A DNA stretch of 60,081 nucleotides, the filler included, from Diploschistes diacapsis (Eukaryota): NCBI GenBank assembly GCA_023645945.1. It is 5 parts of 5 records of this genome, joined end to end, with 100 filler letters (N's around TTAATTAATTAA, not from the genome) between each part and the next. Parts side by side here need not be neighbours in the genome. Positions count along the whole stretch, not along the records: positions 48,156 to 60,081 come from JALAIB010000784.1; 4 more parts are not named here. The stretch is one strand, 5' to 3'. The position numbers and the translations under genes were made by a program. Positions 59,801-60,081 of the stretch are shown here, one piece after another. Below the pieces are notes generated by a model. That model made no database searches. It saw only the letters and a program-made list of their open reading frames with translations, and was not told the DNA's origin. Every line of letters starts with the position of its first letter. Position 1 is the stretch's first letter.

Positions 59801-60081
59801 AGGCCAAGACAGCGCGGAGCAGTTATCCTCAGCGCCGCATGCCGCTGAACCAAGCAGCCAGGCGCAGCAGGAATATCCACCCGCAGCAGTCGAGCTCCAC
59901 GAGAGCGTCCGCGCCTTTAACGAAGCCGATCTAACCATCGAAGCCGCCATCCGCGACCAGGAACTCCCAAGTCTCCTCAGCTCGGCAGGCTATTCGGTCG
60001 CCGAAGAGGCCTCGGCACAAAGCTCCGCTTCCGCATCCGCCCCGCCTCCCGACCCTACACTCCCCCAAAACCGCCCAAATG
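56871..60081 (+). CDS. ZZ-type zinc finger / EF-hand domain protein, 3' truncated (absent from ORF track because no stop falls in the window)
   Basis: Frame from ATG 56871: N-terminal hydrophobic anchor AIAVLAALAAGYTIYYI; LLYHIAEDQARREGVVHRGVSCNSCNATPIHGIRYRCTNCVDYDLCEQCE (ZZ); EF-hands FYDTNHDSLIGFREF and FDYDGDGYVSRRD; GQEILYQITQE; ends PDPTLPQNRPN in the same frame. Confidence 0.9.
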   Translation, partial: MASNSTVARYRPAIAVLAALAAGYTIYYIHNSSHFSIEPSASSRRLWRSNAVVHRRNRRQDDGPRDPADWPRSAYDAPRLLQEFRACSNPLATFRFNIGTNDQGSVQFFEVPLSPVAFPSLELIKQECGVSDEGAEDIRQNYETALMKAFLCQRLPPNCSLIDPGGLNAFVDAFEAEDFIFTDSILLPIAQFNGGAYEYLDERREAYESRSVRPPVRRRLRSRQEAAAQGPDTTVVQQTPPSPSQPLEINSAETTQIFEPEDFALPSEVMEVDEESEQSWNGEENEESRREGQSLLDLLYHIAEDQARREGVVHRGVSCNSCNATPIHGIRYRCTNCVDYDLCEQCEAMQFHMRNHIFVKIRIPAPSHSSTRPPQPVWYPGTAQSLPNSLPRDLNKSLTEETGFSDNEVDAMWDQFKNLAASLWQEDPDKLGYAIDREAFDKCFVVSARATKMPPTSLIFDRMFSFYDTNHDSLIGFREFVAGLAAARSNDPDERHKRIFFGFDYDGDGYVSRRDLLVIFKAHYTVQREFTRELVTEMEADLLEGGTLRDNISSNQPISAAYHGSFSTLGGRAGEGKQRDAHGDMVIVDNGGAIAEDPTDEGDLDQIIGDLREIAQFGSLQDEDMATVQPDIPPSAPEGGNQVDHGGVITDARPTEITSSEATERASTPETLVSTPISEWPPSHVADRDVEGALGHSVALGEVTNESDRNKILKAAANRIKAEEERPRRQQVRDSAVRDRHNRRQFYLDDENKVLDSQVIQRQVSQSATSSGAAQAAQGLGLSGQSHEPTVDVGRPPPKNDKSAKEPAKVSSPALQAFREPPPLPVNVGQEILYQITQESINEMLDPMFKLREDLAMEIIELAPHFESWKHHLAAYKQTKVTELCKLQIERIQSLWRRSAKDFTLGSSIRFFLQKYIAHQSDIDREEYSSNLLDMFHVGIIDRETLEKKLEEKRQHDEAHAEAAKKADRETTVKPSLGQDSAEQLSSAPHAAEPSSQAQQEYPPAAVELHESVRAFNEADLTIEAAIRDQELPSLLSSAGYSVAEEASAQSSASASAPPPDPTLPQNRPN

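Overview
Fungal (Ascomycota, Pezizomycotina) nuclear DNA. The window is not one locus. It is five separate contigs of decreasing length (11950, 11939, 11937, 11929, 11926 nt) joined by an artificial 100-nt linker (44 N + TTAATTAATTAA + 44 N), so adjacency across the linkers is meaningless. Contig 1: EDC1/PNRC-like decapping activator, RBX1, HTD2-like dehydratase, F-box protein, SMI1/KNR4. Contig 2: a spliced Spo12-family gene not resolved by the ORF track, and a Ksp1-like kinase. Contig 3: an NmrA-like gene with an in-frame TAG, a disrupted HET-domain gene, DBP6, a GNAT and a PTH11-like membrane protein. Contig 4: a tRNA gene, an alpha/beta hydrolase, an SDR, ABZ1 and truncated FAR11/STRIP. 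Contig 5: an alpha-factor-like pheromone precursor, a conserved hypothetical gene, PRE10, RIB4 and a truncated ZZ/EF-hand gene. The standout is an apparently intact tRNA-Arg(ACG) gene (38389-38244, minus strand). It carries two introns of different classes: a 52-nt spliceosomal-type intron (GTATGT...GACTAAC...TAG) at position 26/27 and a canonical 22-nt tRNA intron at 37/38, leaving the anticodon on an 11-nt micro-exon. All calls come from reading the sequence and recalling family motifs. No searches were run.
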